From NCBI RefSeq assembly GCF_001194135.2, contig NC_068985.1:56377224-56432120 (forward strand): DNA of 54,897 bases, written 5' to 3'. This document shows, one piece after another, positions 49,679 to 54,897 of this stretch. The position numbers were made by a program, and so were the translations under genes. The stretch is from Octopus bimaculoides (lineage: Eukaryota). Below the pieces are notes generated by a model, which had not been told where the DNA came from, searched no databases, and saw only the letters and a program-made list of their open reading frames with translations. Positions within the stretch are counted from its first letter, which is position 1; each line of letters starts with the position of its first letter.

Positions 49679-50608
49679 NNNNNNNNNNNNNNNNNNNNNN
49701 NNNNNNNNNNNNNNNNNNNNNNNNNNNNNNNNNNNNNNNNNNNNNNNNNNNNNNNNNNNNNNNNNNNNNNNNNNNNNNNNNNNNNNNNNNNNNNNNNNNN
49801 NNNNNNNNNNNNNNNNNNNNNNNNNNNNNNNNNNNNNNNNNNNNNNNNNNNNNNNNNNNNNNNNNNNNNNNNNNNNNNNNNNNNNNNNNNNNNNNNNNNN
49901 NNNNNNNNNNNNNNNNNNNNNNNNNNNNNNNNNNNNNNNNNNNNNNNNNNNNNNNNNNNNNNNNNNNNNNNNNNNNNNNNNNNNNNNNNNNNNNNNNNNN
50001 NNNNNNNNNNNNNNNNNNNNNNNNNNNNNNNNNNNNNNNNNNNNNNNNNNNNNNNNNNNNNNNNNNNNNNNNNNNNNNNNNNNNNNNNNNNNNNNNNNNN
50101 NNNNNNNNNNNNNNNNNNNNNNNNNNNNNNNNNNNNNNNNNNNNNNNNNNNNNNNNNNNNNNNNNNNNNNNNNNNNNNNNNNNNNNNNNNNNNNNNNNNN
50201 NNNNNNNNNNNNNNNNNNNNNNNNNNNNNNNNNNNNNNNNNNNNNNNNNNNNNNNNNNNNNNNNNNNNNNNNNNNNNNNNNNNNNNNNNNNNNNNNNNNN
50301 NNNNNNNNNNNNNNNNNNNNNNNNNNNNNNNNNNNNNNNNNNNNNNNNNNNNNNNNNNNNNNNNNNNNNNNNNNNNNNNNNNNNNNNNNNNNNNNNNNNN
50401 NNNNNNNNNNNNNNNNNNNNNNNNNNNNNNNNNNNNNNNNNNNNNNNNNNNNNNNNNNNNNNNNNNNNNNNNNNNNNNNNNNNNNNNNNNNNNNNNNNNN
50501 NNNNNNNNNNNNNNNNNNNNNNNNNNNNNNNNNNNNNNNNNNNNNNNNNNNNNNNNNNNNNNNNNNNNNNNNNNNNNNNNNNNNNNNNNNNNNNNNNNNN
50601 NNNNNNNN

Positions 50609-52640
50609 AAGGCTTTGTTCTGGGTACGTGCCGAGCAATTGTTAATCAACAAAACTGTGCTGTTAGAGGTGCGAGAGCATAGGAAGAACCTAGTTTCAAT
50701 TTGGTTAGACTACAAAAAAGCCTTTGACTCTGTTCCCCACTCATGGATGCTAGAAACTCAACTTGCTAAAGTTCCAGTGAGAATAATTAAAGCCATAGCT
50801 GACCTGACTTCATCGTGGGTCACCATCTTCAAATTAAACACAAAGAGTGACTGTATTATCACCGATAGAATACAATATCGCAAAGGTATATTCCAAGGAG
50901 ACAACCTCTCTCTGATGTTGCTTATACTTTCAGTAAACACCTTGTCATTCATGTCAAGGAAGTCTGAAGAATATCTCACTGGTTCACAAGGAAACCGAAA
51001 TACCAAAATTACACACTGTTTCATCGTGGATGACTTAAAACTTTATGAAAAGAATATGCATGAGATGAAAAAGACCCTTGACCTAGTTACAATATTCTCA
51101 AAGGATGTAGGGTTGGAGTTTGATAAGGATAAGTGTTGTTATATGGGTGTGAAAAGGGGGAAACCTATAAACATGACTAGTAACATCTCCATCAATGATT
51201 TGACTGTTTCCCCTGTATCTGACGGGGAATGTTACCGGTATCTAGAGGTGGATGAAAATATATCTTACAATGGCACCTGTAAAGGAACACGTGTCACTAA
51301 AGAATATTACAGCCGAAAAAAGAAAATTTGGACGTTAGAACTCTCTGCGTTCAATAAAACAGTGGCCCACAATGTGTTTGCAGTGCCAGTACTCATACTA
51401 ACATTTAGGCTGCTTCACTGAACATTTGATGAGATCCAAGCTATTGATGTGAAAACACGAAAAATACTAACAAGCATACATAATTTCCATATAAACAGTG
51501 GCGTAGACAACTTCTACCTAAAACGAAAACAAGGCGGTAGAGACTTAACATACATGTCTTTGAATGAGGCATCATATCCCTTCGGCAACATCTTCTAACC
51601 ACCAAGTCTCGAAGCGCATCCCTTGACCAAATTTGCATACATGAGGCTGACAACATCATAAGGCTTAGAAGGCAGCTCCTTGAACAACATTCTTTGTCTT
51701 ATAACCTAGAATACATGCCCAAAGAAATCGCACGACTCTACCGCAACGTATCATCAGATGAAAGGGTGAGCCTATATGAGCAGAAGACAATGCATGGATA
51801 TAGCAATAGCAAGCTCTGAGACGATAGTAACATCGATCATCAAAGCGGTTTATCATGAACCAATAGCCGGATTACTACCTCCCACTTTGAAGCGTTTACA
51901 TTTGCTACCCAGGAACAGAAAATTTCAACCTGATGCACGAATGGGATAGATATGGAGGAAAAGTAGTAAAATGGCACAACCGATACAGAATTTGTGGAGC
52001 TCACACTGCAGGTATCACCCACATCATAAGCAGTTGTCCAAAAATGTCATCACAGTATTATTTACCGATGAGACATGACGTTGTAGGTAGGACACCCTAT
52101 AAGGAAATCCGTCGGAAGGATAATCCCGAGGATAAAGAAATAAGAACCCACAATTTGGTAGAAGCCATAGCGCACTCTTAATAAAAAAGGAGTACTGGTG
52201 GAATGCATAAGTGAAGTCCTCAATAAAATGTAAGCACATTAAACCTGATATAATGATTTGGGATACAGAATGGTAAATGTGCACAGTTGTAGAAATTAAC
52301 TGCCCAGCGGAGGTTAACATAAAGCTGAAGATCAGTGAAAAAGAGAACACCTAAGCTGAACTTTTGAGAAATCTGCAGATACTCTATCCAGATTACAATT
52401 TCAGGTTTATACCTGTATTTACTGGAGCCTTGGGATATGTAACACACTGCCTAAATATCAATCTTGAGAAATTAGGCTTCTCAAAACCAGAAAGAGAAAG
52501 CTAATTCGAAGACTACAGATCCAATCCATCATTGGAACTGTAAAAATCTGTAAAACTTTCCAGAAGTTTATCATTTAAATATATATGAGCATGTCTAGAT
52601 ATGCAAACTATATGCATGAGAATACATACACAAAACATAC
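50609..52640 (+). mobile_element. R4/Dong-clade RLE non-LTR retrotransposon, copy 2 (RT to 3' end; 5' part in gap)
   Basis: ORF 50615-51421 reads WLDYKKAFDSVPH, GIFQGDNLS, HCFIVDDLKLY. Downstream frameshifted segments give RICG..THIISSC, RHD, KPDI.IWD and EINCPA. The 3' UTR runs into (CATA)n. Confidence 0.9.
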
Positions 52641-52762
52641 AAATCTGCATATACATACACACATACATACATGCATACATGCATACATACATACATACAT
52701 ACATGCATACGTACGTACGTACATACATACATACATGCATACATACATACATACATTCATAC
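52640..52762. repeat. Imperfect (CATA)n microsatellite between the R4 and RTE 3' ends
   Basis: Read directly. Confidence 0.9.
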
Positions 52763-53226
52763 ATGGTGGTGGTTGTCTACTCCTTACACAGAGTTTGACC
52801 ATCCACCTGTACCTACACCTTAGCCCCTTCATGGAGTCTTATGTGGCTTTTTAAATCAATGTTCTGAAAAAACACCCACACAGATTGCACCTCTGATTTG
52901 AACTACCAATACCTGCAGGTAAGTTCTGCTCATTGTGGATCTTAACATGTCTTTTAAGACCCCCATTGGATTTGCAAGCCTTCTGGCATACACCACATTC
53001 AAACGTGTGCACAGACATAGTCAGAATAGTTGGTTGAAGTTTGTTTTCCCCGGGTTCGCAGGTGAGATTTGAGGCCAGCCAAAGACAGGCATGGTCTGTC
53101 ACAGACTGTGCACACAAAAAGGTCCTTGTCATTCACCTTCTCGATCTTTACGTTCTTCCTTATATATCTTTTGAGTCTTGCTTGCGTTATCCTGGCCTCT
53201 TCAAACGCTTTCATTCCATTCCACAC
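52763..53226 (-). mobile_element. RTE-clade LINE 3' end with three C2H2-like fingers and (ACC)n tail
   Basis: WNGMKAFEEAR...CTVCDRPCLSLAGLKSHLR; CGVCQKACKSNGGLKRHVKIH; CNLCGCFF...KSHIRLH (across frameshifts). Confidence 0.75.
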
Positions 53227-53825
53227 TTAATAAGACATTGGTAACATACACGTTGTTAATATTAGAATTTCCGTTAATGTACCTTCGATGAATAAGTTGT
53301 GAGTGTCATGACTCATTATATATTAATATTTTTAGAGGTGAGGTTTTCCATTAGATACTTAGAAATAGAAATCGTATAACAGAGGTAGATTGATAGATAG
53401 ATAGATAGATACATACATACATACATACATACAAACAAAATACCCTGTTGATGATGTTGAAATTCCAATGAAGGAACCTTGGATCTAGGTTAGAAACCAG
53501 TTCTTTCTCTATTGGCAAGAAATCTTAAAATAAACTGAATATTGACATACATACGTACATATAATTATGACGTTCAATTTAGGTTTAAATTGTATCACAC
53601 ATAGCCAGTATTCAGGACTCCATAGGCTAATATAGTCATTGGTAACACTATCCAATATCTATTAAATCTTAAAGATTATTTGTGTATATTACACCATTTC
53701 TGAAGGTTTAATGATGTAATCCGTTTCTACGGTTTTTTTCTTATTTAATTGTTATCATTATTAATGAATACGTATAAGATGGCGTGACTATGTAATTTAT
53801 GAACAAAATTTCCTTTGTTTTGTTT

Positions 53826-53877
<52 letters not shown>

Positions 53878-54036
53878 CCTCTGTTATACGATTTCTATTT
53901 CTAAGTATTTAATGGAAAACCTCACCTCTAAAAATATTAATATATAATGAGTCATGACACTCACAACCTATTTATCGAAGGTACATTAACAGAGATTCTA
54001 ATATTAACAACGTGTATGTTACCAATGTCTTATTAA
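53227..54036. mobile_element. Young foldback element with ~165-bp near-perfect TIRs bounded by TTAA
   Basis: 53227-53392 versus 53872-54036 shows about 5 mismatches by eye. Both arms run inward into (GATA)n/(TATC)n. Confidence 0.85.
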
Positions 54037-54717
54037 TTGGTTGAATATCATTGTTTGTTAATAGCTTAACATTAGCTAAGTATGGATCCAACACACGTTT
54101 CTCTTTACATAAGAGTACACAAATGTGTATATGTAGAGCTAAATCTCTTTGACTATGTGTGGTATGTATATGTATGTGTGTCTGTGTGTGTGAGTGCGTA
54201 GTTGTTTGAATGAGCGAGCGTGTGTACATTAAAAATGCTGTTTGCTACACCGGATGCATATATCAGAAAAAAGCAAAACATTTAAAATAGACGCATATGA
54301 AGACACACTGACACACACACACTTAATACACCTACGTAAACACACACATATACTCACCCCTCCCCTGCAAACACGAACACATACTCACAGAGGAACACGC
54401 ATATATAAGATGTGTGGAGGGTTACGTGGATGTGAGATGAAATTAAGCGAATAAAGTTCTCAATAATGTTATGTGGAGTGGAATAAAATCATTCATTCAA
54501 ATGTGAGTTTTCGTTAGTGTTTGCTTATACTTCTTGCGTTTGTTCATGTAAACATACATAAAAATACACGTATATAGACATGAATACGACACACATACAC
54601 ACACACACACATACAAACACACACACACGACAACACACGCACACACATACACATACACACACGGGGAGGTACATTCGTATACATGTATCTGTACATATGT
54701 ATGCATTTGTGCATGTG

Positions 54718-54720
<3 letters not shown>

Positions 54721-54808
<88 letters not shown>
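54721..54808. repeat. (CT)n-(AT)n compound microsatellite
   Basis: Read directly. Confidence 0.95.
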
Positions 54809-54810
<2 letters not shown>

Positions 54811-54897
54811 TTAAAAATAACGTCGACCACTAGCGTGGACAATTAATGCGCTAGAAATAGATCACATCTTGTGTCTATTAAGACCTAAATTGTTCTC

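Overview
AT-rich metazoan genomic scaffold with 17 N-gaps and dense (TA)n, (CA)n, (CATA)n and (CTAT)n microsatellites. The repeat content resembles octopus DNA as I recall it; this is an inference and was not searched. I recognise no host protein-coding gene, rRNA, tRNA or CRISPR, and nearly all long ORFs in the track are artefacts of N-runs or microsatellites. The readable sequence is mostly decayed mobile elements. These include a near full-length Tigger/pogo transposon (22881-25035), Tc1/mariner pieces, two R4/Dong-clade RLE retrotransposons (43640-45390 minus, 50609-52640 plus) and Penelope-like elements with RT or GIY-YIG remnants. There are also RTE and CR1-type LINE 3' ends and about 17 tRNA-derived SINE copies from three families. 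The most interesting signals are: (1) several hammerhead-ribozyme-like motifs, including a pair in the arms of a ~210-bp inverted repeat at 21.8/22.6 kb; (2) long foldback elements at 42215-42609 and 53227-54036; (3) R4 and RTE junctions that repeatedly fall on (ACAT)n microsatellites. All family assignments come from manual translation and motif recall.
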